From Nitrospiraceae bacterium (GTDB taxonomy: Bacteria > Nitrospirota > Nitrospiria > Nitrospirales > Nitrospiraceae), in assembly GCA_037442105.1 (NCBI GenBank), contig JBBIQV010000002.1:124001-158077 (forward strand): a stretch of DNA of 34,077 bases, written 5' to 3'. The notes under the pieces were generated by a model that was given only the letters and a program-made list of their open reading frames with translations, made no database searches and was not told where the DNA came from. The position numbers were made by a program, and so were the translations under genes. This document shows positions 26,276 to 34,077 of this stretch, one piece after another (the stretch's first letter is position 1; each line of letters opens with the position of its first letter).

Positions 26276-27493
26276 ATGATGAAACACCTGTTGTTTGTGG
26301 ACGACGAGTCAAAACTGCTCGATGGGCTCAAGCGGTCGCTGCGTCCCATGCGGCACGAATGGAACATGACGTTCGTGACCAGCGGCGAGGAGGCGCTGAC
26401 GACGCTGGAGCAGGCGCCGTTCGATGTGGTGGTGTCGGATATGCGCATGCCGGGCATGGACGGTGCGCAACTCATGAACGAGGTTCAGCGGCGATATCCG
26501 CAAATCGTCCGGATCGTGCTGTCCGGCCACTCGGATCGAGAGATGATCTATCAATCGATCGGCGCGTCGCATCAGTATCTGGCGAAACCGTGCGAGATGG
26601 AGAACCTGAAGGCGACCATCCTGCGGGCGTGCGCTCTGCGCGATTTGCTCGGAAACGAGTCCCTCAGACGGTTGGTCGCAGGTATGCAGCAGATCCCCAG
26701 CCTGCCGACCTTGTTTGCGGAAATCAAGAAGGAGGCGGAATCCAAGACATCCTCGTTGAAGACCATCGGTACGATCATTGCCAAGGATATGGGCATGACG
26801 GCGAAGGTTCTCCAGCTTGTGAATTCGGCCTATTTCGGGCTGAACGGCACGGTGTCGACGGCGAAGCAGGCGGTGAATCTATTGGGGTTGGACACGATTC
26901 AGGCGCTCGTCTTGACGGTCCATGTGTTCTCTCAATTTCCGAGGACGATGGACGGGGTGCTTTTTCAAATCGACCGTCTGTGGGCGGAGAGCCTGGCGAC
27001 CGGCGCACTGGCGCGGGCTCTTGCGAAGGCCGAGAAAGCTTCCGATCGGGAGATCGAGCAGGCTTATACGGCCGGGCTTCTCCACGACGTGGGCGTCCTG
27101 GTGCTCGCGGCAAACGTCCGCAACCAGTACGATGCCACCCTCAGGGCTGCATCCAAGGAGCGCATTCCGGTGTGGGAGGTGGAACGGCGGGAGTTCGGCA
27201 CCACGCATGCGGAAGTCGGCGCCTATTTGCTGGGGCTCTGGGGTTTGGAGACCCCGATCGTGGAGGCGGTGGCGTTTCACCATCGCCCGGCCGACTATCC
27301 CGGAAAGGCCTTCAGCCCGCTGACGGCCGTCCATGTGGCCAACGCATTGCGGCAGGAATGGACAACCCCGGCGACCGGCGACCAACCGTCGACCATCGAT
27401 CCGGCGTACTTGGAGAAACTTCATCTCGCCGACCGGGTGCCGCATTGGCGCGATCTGGCCGGCCGGCTTCAGAAGGAGACGGCGAATGACTGA
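26276..27493 (+). CDS. Response regulator with HDOD domain
   Basis: REC (VSDMRMP), IPSLP, DMGMTAKVLQLVNSAYFG, AGLLHDVG, HAEVGAYLLGLWGL, FHH. Confidence 0.9.
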   Translation: MMKHLLFVDDESKLLDGLKRSLRPMRHEWNMTFVTSGEEALTTLEQAPFDVVVSDMRMPGMDGAQLMNEVQRRYPQIVRIVLSGHSDREMIYQSIGASHQYLAKPCEMENLKATILRACALRDLLGNESLRRLVAGMQQIPSLPTLFAEIKKEAESKTSSLKTIGTIIAKDMGMTAKVLQLVNSAYFGLNGTVSTAKQAVNLLGLDTIQALVLTVHVFSQFPRTMDGVLFQIDRLWAESLATGALARALAKAEKASDREIEQAYTAGLLHDVGVLVLAANVRNQYDATLRAASKERIPVWEVERREFGTTHAEVGAYLLGLWGLETPIVEAVAFHHRPADYPGKAFSPLTAVHVANALRQEWTTPATGDQPSTIDPAYLEKLHLADRVPHWRDLAGRLQKETAND

Positions 27494-28706
27494 CGCGATT
27501 CTCTGCGTAGATGATGATGCCAACATCTTAGAGGGATACCGGCGCCAGCTCCGAAAGGAATTTACGCTCGACACTGCGGTGGGCCCCGAAGAAGGGCTCC
27601 GGGCGATCGCGGAGCGAGGTCCCTTTGCCGTGGTCGTGTCCGATCTCCGCATGCCGGGCATGGATGGAGTTCAATTCCTGTCGAAGGTCAGGACGCAGGC
27701 GCCCGAGACGGTCCGCATGCTCCTGACCGGCAACGCGGACCTCGACGCGGCGGTCGAGGCCATCAACCAGGGTCAAATTTTCCGGTTCTTGAGCAAACCC
27801 TGCCCGCCGGAATTGCTCGCCGGCGCGCTCAAGGCCGGCTTGGCGCAACATGGTCTCATCACGGCCGAACGTGAGTTGTTGGAACGCACCCTGAGCGGCA
27901 GCATCGGCGTGCTGTGCGATATCTTGGCGTTGGTCAACCCCGAAGCGTTCGGGCGCTCCTCCCGGATCTCGCGGTACGTTGAAGCGATTGCCGCGCACCT
28001 GCATGTCACCGAGCTGTGGGCCATCAAGACTGCGGCCATGCTGTCTCAAATCGGCTGTGTGATTCTGCCGGAGGCGGTGCTCGGGAAGGTCTATCGCGGG
28101 GAAACGCTGACGCCGGAAGAATCGCAACTCTTCAATCAACACCCGTTCGTGGCCGCCGATCTGATCGCGAGGATCCCCCGCATGAAACGGGTGGCGGAGA
28201 TCATTCGGTTTCAGGACAAGTACTATGATGGGTATGGGGTACCGGGGGACAATCGACAGGGCAATGAAATTCCGATGGAAGCTAGAATTCTGAAAGTCGC
28301 GCTGGACTTCGATGCCCTCGAGTCCGCGGGCAAAACGAAGACCGAGGCGTTCGAGCAGTTGAAGCAACGTAAAGGATGGTACGATCCGACGATTGTCGAA
28401 GCGCTGAAAACGGCGTTTGCCCAGGAGATCAAGTATGAGGTGAGGACGGCCGTCGTTGCGGACCTTCAAGAAGGTATGATCTTGGCGGAGGACATCACTT
28501 CCGCCAAAGGAATCCTGCTGGCGTCGAAAGGGCAGGAGGTGAACCGGTCCATGGTCTTGCGACTCCAAAACTTCAGCAGGACGGTTGGAGTGCGAGAGCC
28601 TTTCACGGTGTTGGTGCGGATGCAGCAGGCCATAGAAGCGTCATCCGACGCGGAGCCGGCGGCAAGCTCCCCTCGCCCCCTCGACCTCGCTGGGGGTCGA
28701 GCCTGA
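27486..28706 (+). CDS. Response regulator with degenerate HD-GYP-like domain
   Basis: Likely start MTDAILCVDDD at 27486 (SD AAGGAG, overlaps the previous stop). The HD position reads LSQIG and the GYP position reads YDGYGVP. Confidence 0.85.
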   Translation: MTDAILCVDDDANILEGYRRQLRKEFTLDTAVGPEEGLRAIAERGPFAVVVSDLRMPGMDGVQFLSKVRTQAPETVRMLLTGNADLDAAVEAINQGQIFRFLSKPCPPELLAGALKAGLAQHGLITAERELLERTLSGSIGVLCDILALVNPEAFGRSSRISRYVEAIAAHLHVTELWAIKTAAMLSQIGCVILPEAVLGKVYRGETLTPEESQLFNQHPFVAADLIARIPRMKRVAEIIRFQDKYYDGYGVPGDNRQGNEIPMEARILKVALDFDALESAGKTKTEAFEQLKQRKGWYDPTIVEALKTAFAQEIKYEVRTAVVADLQEGMILAEDITSAKGILLASKGQEVNRSMVLRLQNFSRTVGVREPFTVLVRMQQAIEASSDAEPAASSPRPLDLAGGRA

Positions 28707-28757
28707 GCGGGGAGTGAAGGCTCGACCGGACTCGAAGCCCTGAGCTTATCGAAGGGC
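28696..28757. repeat. REP-like palindromes between convergent genes (possible bidirectional terminator)
   Basis: GTCGAGCCT..AGGCTCGAC 28696-28726 and GCCCTGAGCTTATCGAAGGGC 28737-28757; both share a CCTGAGC..GAAGG core. Confidence 0.5.
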
Positions 28758-28766
28758 CTTCCTCGC

Positions 28767-30359
28767 CTACGATTTCGGACTCTTTACCATCAGGTCGGCG
28801 ATCCGCTCTGCCAGGGCAGCGATCGTCCTGGACGGATTCAACCCGATGGCCTCCGGGATGATTGCCCCGTCCGCCACATAGAGGTTGCGATATCCAAACA
28901 CTTCGCCGCGATGATCCACCACCCCCTTCTCCGGCGCCGTGCCGACATTGCATCCGCCAAGCGGGTGGGGAGTGACGAGATTTCTCAGCACCGTCCACGT
29001 CGGAGGAACCCATGGCGTGCCGCCTGTCGCGGCGGATAGGTGCTTGTGCATGGCGACCATGGCGTTGACGACTGCCTCGGAGTGCGCGATGTCCCAATCC
29101 AGTTTGAGGATTTTCCGCCAGGGAGCCCACCAGCGCCTTCCCAGGTAGAGCCGTCCATCGGCAGCATCGACGGCTTGTCCGAACCAGGGCATCACGTTGC
29201 TCAGGGGATCACGGACCCGCACGATTTGGCGTAATGCCCCAAGGAGCACATTGAGTGTGCGGTTGGTCGTGCCGGACTCCAACTTGGCCTCCAAATAGTT
29301 TCCGAGCAGGTCCGGGAACCCGCCGTCTTCGACGAAGAACTGCTGCTGCTCGACTGAACCGTCCAGAAAGTCGATCGCGCAGGTGATCGTCGGACCCTGG
29401 GTGGGGGAAATACGGCGGTTGTCGTACAACGCCGGCGTCAGGAAGTCTCCGTTGGAACTCCAGTTGCGACCGAGGAATCCGCTGATTCCCGGCAACGTCT
29501 TGTACTGGTCCCGGCAGCGGAGCAGGAGCTCAGTCGAGCCCAGCGATCCGGCGGCCAGCACCACCCGTTCGGCCGTTTCGCTTCCGGGGATCGTGCGGCC
29601 CCGTTCGATGCGATCGAAATCCACGCGGTAGCCATTACCTTGCGGTGCGAGACGGCGAACCAGGTGCAGCGGTCGAACCTCGGCACCGTGGCGTTCCGCC
29701 CAAGGAATGTAGTTCAAGTCCAGGGTGTTCTTCGCCTTCACCTGGCAGCCGATATCGCAGTTCCCGCAGTGGACACAGGTTCCTTGCTCCTGGCCCTGGG
29801 CATTGGTCCAGGTTTTCGAATGGTTATTTTGAAACGGGTCCGGAAGGCTGTAGTTCCATTCCGGATCGAACGCCACGGCCAGCGGCAGCGGACGGAACCT
29901 GGCTCCGTAACCGAGGTTCTCGGCGCCCTCCTTCATCAACTTGTACCGTTCCGTGAGCTGATTGTCGGGAATGGATTGTACGTTCAACATGCGGCCGACC
30001 AGGTCGTAGTACGGCTTCAATTCGTCGTAGGTAATCTCCGCCGGCCAGCCGATGTTGAACAGATCCCGTTTCGCTTCGACGAAGACGTTGGCATAGATCA
30101 GTGAGCCTCCTCCGACTGCTGCGCCCTGCGCCACCCACATATCGCGAAAACAACGCAGATCGAGCCACCCGTTTTGGCGTTCCGGTTCGTCCTGATCCCA
30201 AATCCACGCATCCCCCGGCTCGCGCGGGTAGTCTCCAGGGTCCCACCTCCTCCCTCGTTCGAGGATGAGCACACGAGCCCCGCTCTCGGCCAGGCGGCAG
30301 GCCACAACGGCGCCGCCGAAACCGCTTCCGATTACGATGACATCGTATCTGTGCGGCAC
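28767..30359 (-). CDS. GMC-family FAD oxidoreductase (cholesterol-oxidase-like)
   Basis: VIVIGSGFGG, VGGGSLIYAN, CVHCGNCDIGC, VVLAAGSLGS, TPHPLGGC, NPSRTIAALAER. GTG start at 30359 with a GGAG SD. Confidence 0.9.
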   Translation of the reverse strand: MPHRYDVIVIGSGFGGAVVACRLAESGARVLILERGRRWDPGDYPREPGDAWIWDQDEPERQNGWLDLRCFRDMWVAQGAAVGGGSLIYANVFVEAKRDLFNIGWPAEITYDELKPYYDLVGRMLNVQSIPDNQLTERYKLMKEGAENLGYGARFRPLPLAVAFDPEWNYSLPDPFQNNHSKTWTNAQGQEQGTCVHCGNCDIGCQVKAKNTLDLNYIPWAERHGAEVRPLHLVRRLAPQGNGYRVDFDRIERGRTIPGSETAERVVLAAGSLGSTELLLRCRDQYKTLPGISGFLGRNWSSNGDFLTPALYDNRRISPTQGPTITCAIDFLDGSVEQQQFFVEDGGFPDLLGNYLEAKLESGTTNRTLNVLLGALRQIVRVRDPLSNVMPWFGQAVDAADGRLYLGRRWWAPWRKILKLDWDIAHSEAVVNAMVAMHKHLSAATGGTPWVPPTWTVLRNLVTPHPLGGCNVGTAPEKGVVDHRGEVFGYRNLYVADGAIIPEAIGLNPSRTIAALAERIADLMVKSPKS

Positions 30360-30375
30360 GGCCTGTTCTCCAACA

Positions 30376-30948
30376 TCATGCCGGTGAGTGTTTTTTCTCC
30401 TTCTGCATGATCTTATCCGTCCAGGCGAGGAGAATGGCTGACCCAAGGAAAGTCATATGAATCAGAATCTTCCACTTGATGTGCTCGGGCGATTCTTGGC
30501 TCACGTTCACAAAGGCCTTGAGCAGATGAATGCTTGAAATCCCGATGAGTGAGGCGGCGAGCTTCACCTTGATCGTGCCGGGATCGACATGGCTCAGCCA
30601 ATCCGGCCGGTCGGGATGTCCATCCAGATCGAGCTTGCTGACGAACGTCGCATAGCCGCCGATTACCACCATCGTCAACAGGTTGGCCACCATGGTGATA
30701 TCGATCAACGAGAGGATGCCCAGCATAAACACCGTTTCGTTCAACTCACGTAAGTTGTGGATCATTTCCCAGAGCTCGACGAGGAACTTATAGGCATAGA
30801 GCAACTCCGCCACAATCAGACCCCCATAGAGGGGAGCCTGAACCCATCGGCTTGCGAAGACGACGGTTTCAAAAACGTGCTCGACTGGGTGGGCGGCGCT
30901 GTTCTTGATCTCGCGCGTGGCGGTGTGCGGTGCATAACTATCCGACAT
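30376..30948 (-). CDS. YqhA/UPF0114 (TIGR00645) membrane protein
   Basis: FASRWVQAPLY.GL, LSLIDITMVANLL.MVVIGGY.TFVS, KVKLAASLIGISSIHLL. Confidence 0.88.
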   Translation of the reverse strand: MSDSYAPHTATREIKNSAAHPVEHVFETVVFASRWVQAPLYGGLIVAELLYAYKFLVELWEMIHNLRELNETVFMLGILSLIDITMVANLLTMVVIGGYATFVSKLDLDGHPDRPDWLSHVDPGTIKVKLAASLIGISSIHLLKAFVNVSQESPEHIKWKILIHMTFLGSAILLAWTDKIMQKEKKHSPA

Positions 30949-31042
30949 GTCCCCTCCTTCGTGTGCCTGCTTCCTGGGCCAAGCTTTTCCCCTCGCCCCT
31001 TGCCTTGGGCTTATTTCATGCGGCGCGGGCCCTTCGCCCTGC

Positions 31043-31230
31043 TAGGAGCCTGTCCGACATTGACCTTTCTACTGCGGCGAACGATCTGCAGCCATCTGCG
31101 TCGTTCTCGGCCCGAAAAAATCCTCAATGTATTCCAGCGAATACACTTCCGGTTTTTTCGGGCCTGCGGTCTTGCATCTGGCCGCACCTCCTTCGCCTCG
31201 TTACGAACGGCAATGTCGGACAGGCTCCTA
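31043..31230. mobile_element. MITE family B
   Basis: Perfect 20-bp TIR TAGGAGCCTGTCCGACATTG / CAATGTCGGACAGGCTCCTA; 188 bp; intergenic; no transposase. Confidence 0.88.
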
Positions 31231-31359
31231 AAGCGCGCGTATCCTAGTCACTGGATCGAGTCCTGTCAATTTGCGAGAAGGAACAACGAATCAGCCGGGC
31301 GGAGAGACGCGGGGAAGAAGGCTTCGGAGTGGCTTCAAAGAACCGTCAGGGCCGGATCT

Positions 31360-32013
31360 TCAGCTTGTCTGGAGCTTGGCATAGACAGACGCTGCCTGTG
31401 ACCGGCAGTGGACTTGCAGCTTGTCATAAATGTTGGCGAGATAATTTTTAACCGTTTTGTCGCTTAGGCCCAGCGCGACGGCGATTTCCTTATTGGTCTT
31501 CCCTTGCGCCACGAGAGGGAGAATCCGCTCCTCTTGGGGCGAGAGCCCATAATGAGGCTGACGACGGGTCTCCATCGCCCCATGGGTCTTGATCCAGGTC
31601 AAGGTTTGTCGGGTAATTCGCTGGTCGAGGTATCCCTGCCCTGTCGCGACCGTTCGAATGGCGCGGATGAGATCATCCGTCCGGATGTCTTTCAAGGCAT
31701 ACCCCTGGGCGCCCTGCCTGATGGAAGAGACCACTGTAGCCTCTTCAGCATAACTGCTCAGGATGAGGATTTGCGCCCTGGGCGCGCCTGCAAGAATCTT
31801 CTTGCACGCATCGATGCCGGAGATGTCCGGCAGCCGGATGTCGAGCAAGACGACGTGTGGACGGCGACGACTCGCAATGCCGACGGCTTCCGCGGCGGTT
31901 CCGCAGTCGCCGATGACGCGTATGCCGGGGACGAGATCGATCACGGTGCGCAGACCAGTTCGCACCACTTCGTGATCGTCCACAATAAGCACGCGGATGT
32001 CTTTGCGAGTCAT
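31360..32013 (-). CDS. NarL/LuxR-family DNA-binding response regulator
   Basis: VLIVDDHEVVR, LLDIRLPD, LSPQE..GKTNKEIA..LSDKTVKNYLANIYDKL. Confidence 0.93.
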   Translation of the reverse strand: MTRKDIRVLIVDDHEVVRTGLRTVIDLVPGIRVIGDCGTAAEAVGIASRRRPHVVLLDIRLPDISGIDACKKILAGAPRAQILILSSYAEEATVVSSIRQGAQGYALKDIRTDDLIRAIRTVATGQGYLDQRITRQTLTWIKTHGAMETRRQPHYGLSPQEERILPLVAQGKTNKEIAVALGLSDKTVKNYLANIYDKLQVHCRSQAASVYAKLQTS

Positions 32014-32837
32014 TGCGTGGCGTCCGGCTGTTCGATGGGGAGTTCGACCATGACGTCGGTCCCCCGGCCAGGTTGCGAACGAAGGTGAAGACGGCCTCCG
32101 AGTTGTCGCGCCCGCGCTTCCATGTTGCTGAGGCCGTACCCGACCCGAGTGCGGTTCGTCCGTCGAAATCCGAGACCATCGTCGGTGACCTCAAACCGAA
32201 CTGTCGGGCCGGATCGTCGCAATGAGATGGCGGCTCGGCGTGCTTTCCCGTGACGGACGCTGTTGCTGAGCGCCTCCCGCGCAATCAAGGCGATCTGCTG
32301 TTTTTCCTCGAGTGTGAGTAGCCGAGCGACGGATTCATTGACTGCCAGATCGATGTGCATCGTGCCGACCTGCCGGTACACCTGAGCCAGAGCTTGGAGT
32401 TCGGCCGCGAAATCGAACTCCTGCACCCTGTCCGATTGCAGTCCGAGGATCAATTGTCGGATCTCATGAATGAGCCGGTTCAGTTGCTCCACCACATGAT
32501 CCGTCTGCACTTTCGCTTTCTTCGGCGCCCGACCGCCCATTCGGCGGGCTGCGTCTAGGCTGAGCCCGATGGCATACAGCGATTGCAACACGCAATCGTG
32601 CAGATCGCGCCCGATACGGTCACGATCTTGGAGCAACTTGCTCAGGCGTTGTTCGGTCGCCTGGAACGCAATCGCCAGGTCCGGCGAGTTTTTTTGCGCG
32701 GAGAGATGATGCGTGCCGCTGTGCGTGAGGTGGGAAAGCCCCGGCGCGCGAGCGGAATGTACGACCGGCACGTCGCACGTTGCTTGTCGCAGACCGTCAA
32801 TCACCCGAAGTCCGTTACGTTCCTCGCTCACGCACAT
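32010..32837 (-). CDS. Soluble HisKA_3 (NarX/DevS-like) histidine kinase
   Basis: RDRIGRDLHDCVLQSL, REALSNSVRHG, VTDDGLGF, GYGLSNMEARA; no TM segment; overlaps the regulator start. Confidence 0.88.
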   Translation of the reverse strand: MCVSEERNGLRVIDGLRQATCDVPVVHSARAPGLSHLTHSGTHHLSAQKNSPDLAIAFQATEQRLSKLLQDRDRIGRDLHDCVLQSLYAIGLSLDAARRMGGRAPKKAKVQTDHVVEQLNRLIHEIRQLILGLQSDRVQEFDFAAELQALAQVYRQVGTMHIDLAVNESVARLLTLEEKQQIALIAREALSNSVRHGKARRAAISLRRSGPTVRFEVTDDGLGFRRTNRTRVGYGLSNMEARARQLGGRLHLRSQPGRGTDVMVELPIEQPDATQ

Positions 32838-32874
32838 CCCTCCTTCTTTTCTTTCTTCTCGGGAACCGGACCCC

Positions 32875-33099
32875 TAGCCCGCATTATTCACGAGCGATTC
32901 TGCTGCAATCGCGCAAAATGAGCAGCTAGTAGCGAACAGCTTTTTTAGCGAGTAGCTGGCAGCGACAGACAGGCAGCTCGGAACTTCACGCTCCCATGCT
33001 ATTCGCCATTAGCTATCAGCTATTCGCTTCTGTTTGAGAGCTATGCGCTACTGGCTATTCGCTGATTTCGCGACGAACCGTCATGAATAATGCGGGCTA
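32875..33099. mobile_element. MITE family A, copy 3 (long heptamer hairpin cargo)
   Basis: TAGCCCGCATTATTCACGA ... TCATGAATAATGCGGGCTA, CTAG at both ends; interior TAGC-type heptamers then GCTA-type heptamers. Confidence 0.88.
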
Positions 33100-33201
33100 G
33101 CACCGAATTGTTTTAGGTCACCAACAAATTCTGTACAAGACGAAGAACCAGCCAGTACCATAGCCGCTCTGTTATCTTTTTCGGGAGGAAATGGAAATAG
33201 C

Positions 33202-33573
33202 ATGATGAAGGTGTGGATAGTCATATCTGCTGTCTGCATATCAGTCTTGCTGCATCCGGCAATGACTGCTGTCCAGGCCAGCAGGTTTCAGCCGCAGGGG
33301 GCAGCGGCGGCTGGGCGGGGGAATGCCTTTGTTGCGCAAGCGGACGATGCATCGGCCATCCACTTTAATCCGGCAGGACTGACTCAAGTCGAAGGCGTTC
33401 AGAGCATTGTTGGAACCAACCTGATGGGTGGATCGATCAAATACAAGAGCCCTCTGGGTCTTGATACCAGAGGTGATCTCGGTGGCAGTGTCTCTTCTCC
33501 ACCTCCGAGCCATTTTTATCTGAGTGCCAATCTGGGGCTCTTGGAGCACCAAGTCTTTCATCGGTGACGCTGG
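33202..33573 (+). pseudogene. Truncated FadL/OmpP1-family outer-membrane transporter
   Basis: Signal peptide, then QGAAAAGRGNAFVAQADDASAIHFNPAGLTQ (FadL hatch). Stops after 121 codons, far short of a 14-strand barrel. Confidence 0.75.
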
Positions 33574-33582
33574 TCATATCAT

Positions 33583-34077
33583 CTACAGCCCCAGCACCTC
33601 GTCCGTCAACTCCTTGCCCAGCAGGAAGAACTTGCGGTCGGGATACCACAGCATCCGCCGGCCCTCGGGCTCGGTGACCGAGGTGTAGACGGCGATGTCG
33701 GTGCGCTTCAGGTTCTCGAGCAGCGGCACGCCGGCATTGTCCATCAGGAACCGGGTCGGCCCGAACGCGATCGGCTGATGCGCGCCGTATTGGTAGCGAC
33801 CGACGGCAACGTAGGCCGGGCGGCGGTTCCAGCTCGTGTCGCGCGGGCCCCACTGCTCGAAGTGGCCGTCGTTGTTGTGGTACACGAGCACGTAAAGCCC
33901 GCCCGCGAACGCGTAGATCGGACAACAGCAAAGCGGCTGCACGAACGGCTCGCCGCCGTCGTGGCGGAGCAGCACTTCGGGCGCGCGCCAAGTCGCGCCG
34001 TCGTCCTCGCTGACGCTATACCAGATGTGGCCGGTGAAGGTGCGCATGGTGCAGAACAGCCGTCCATCCGGCAGCGT
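33583..34077 (-). CDS. Asp-box (BNR) sialidase-like glycoside hydrolase, C-terminal part (5' end outside the window)
   Basis: Frame open to the window edge: LPDGRLFCTMRT..YSVSEDDGATW (SxDxGxTW). Confidence 0.7.
   Translation of the reverse strand, partial: TLPDGRLFCTMRTFTGHIWYSVSEDDGATWRAPEVLLRHDGGEPFVQPLCCCPIYAFAGGLYVLVYHNNDGHFEQWGPRDTSWNRRPAYVAVGRYQYGAHQPIAFGPTRFLMDNAGVPLLENLKRTDIAVYTSVTEPEGRRMLWYPDRKFFLLGKELTDEVLGL

Noticed and set aside
22591..28568. Long alternative-frame ORFs (22591-24072, 26200-27489, 27528-28568)
   Set aside because: They overlap well-supported signalling genes and have no domain signatures.
32919..33063. Heptamer arrays as a CRISPR array or structured RNA gene
   Set aside because: No constant repeat with unique spacers, no cas genes, and no recognisable RNA family.

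Overview
GC-rich bacterial chromosome segment; gene content and repeat style suggest a Nitrospira-like organism (inference). Left: a minus-strand block with ubiE/menG, a B12-binding radical SAM, a USP-USP-PCP_red-rubredoxin multidomain protein and a radical SAM/SPASM gene. Middle (about 5.8-21 kb): two decaying defence-type islands around uvrA. They hold a split DNA methyltransferase with a PD-(D/E)xK + SeqA-like nuclease gene sitting inside it, two PIN toxin-antitoxin pairs, a frameshifted GHKL ATPase, an XamI-like R-M pair that looks like an integron cassette (clear attC, candidate attI and promoter, no integrase in the window), a Pif1 helicase, a DMT protein and a HerA-like ATPase. Right: a five-gene phosphorelay/c-di-GMP operon, a GMC oxidoreductase, YqhA, a NarX/NarL-type pair, a broken fadL-like gene and a partial Asp-box glycosidase. 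The most striking unannotated signal is a layered family of small palindromic repeats. A MITE shell with shared ends carries different internal cargo (7-bp-period hairpins or GGGGAC..GTCCCC hairpins), and the same cargo modules also sit free in intergenic spaces and in frame inside uvrA, pif1 and the HerA-like gene. All family assignments come from motif recognition by eye; no searches were run.
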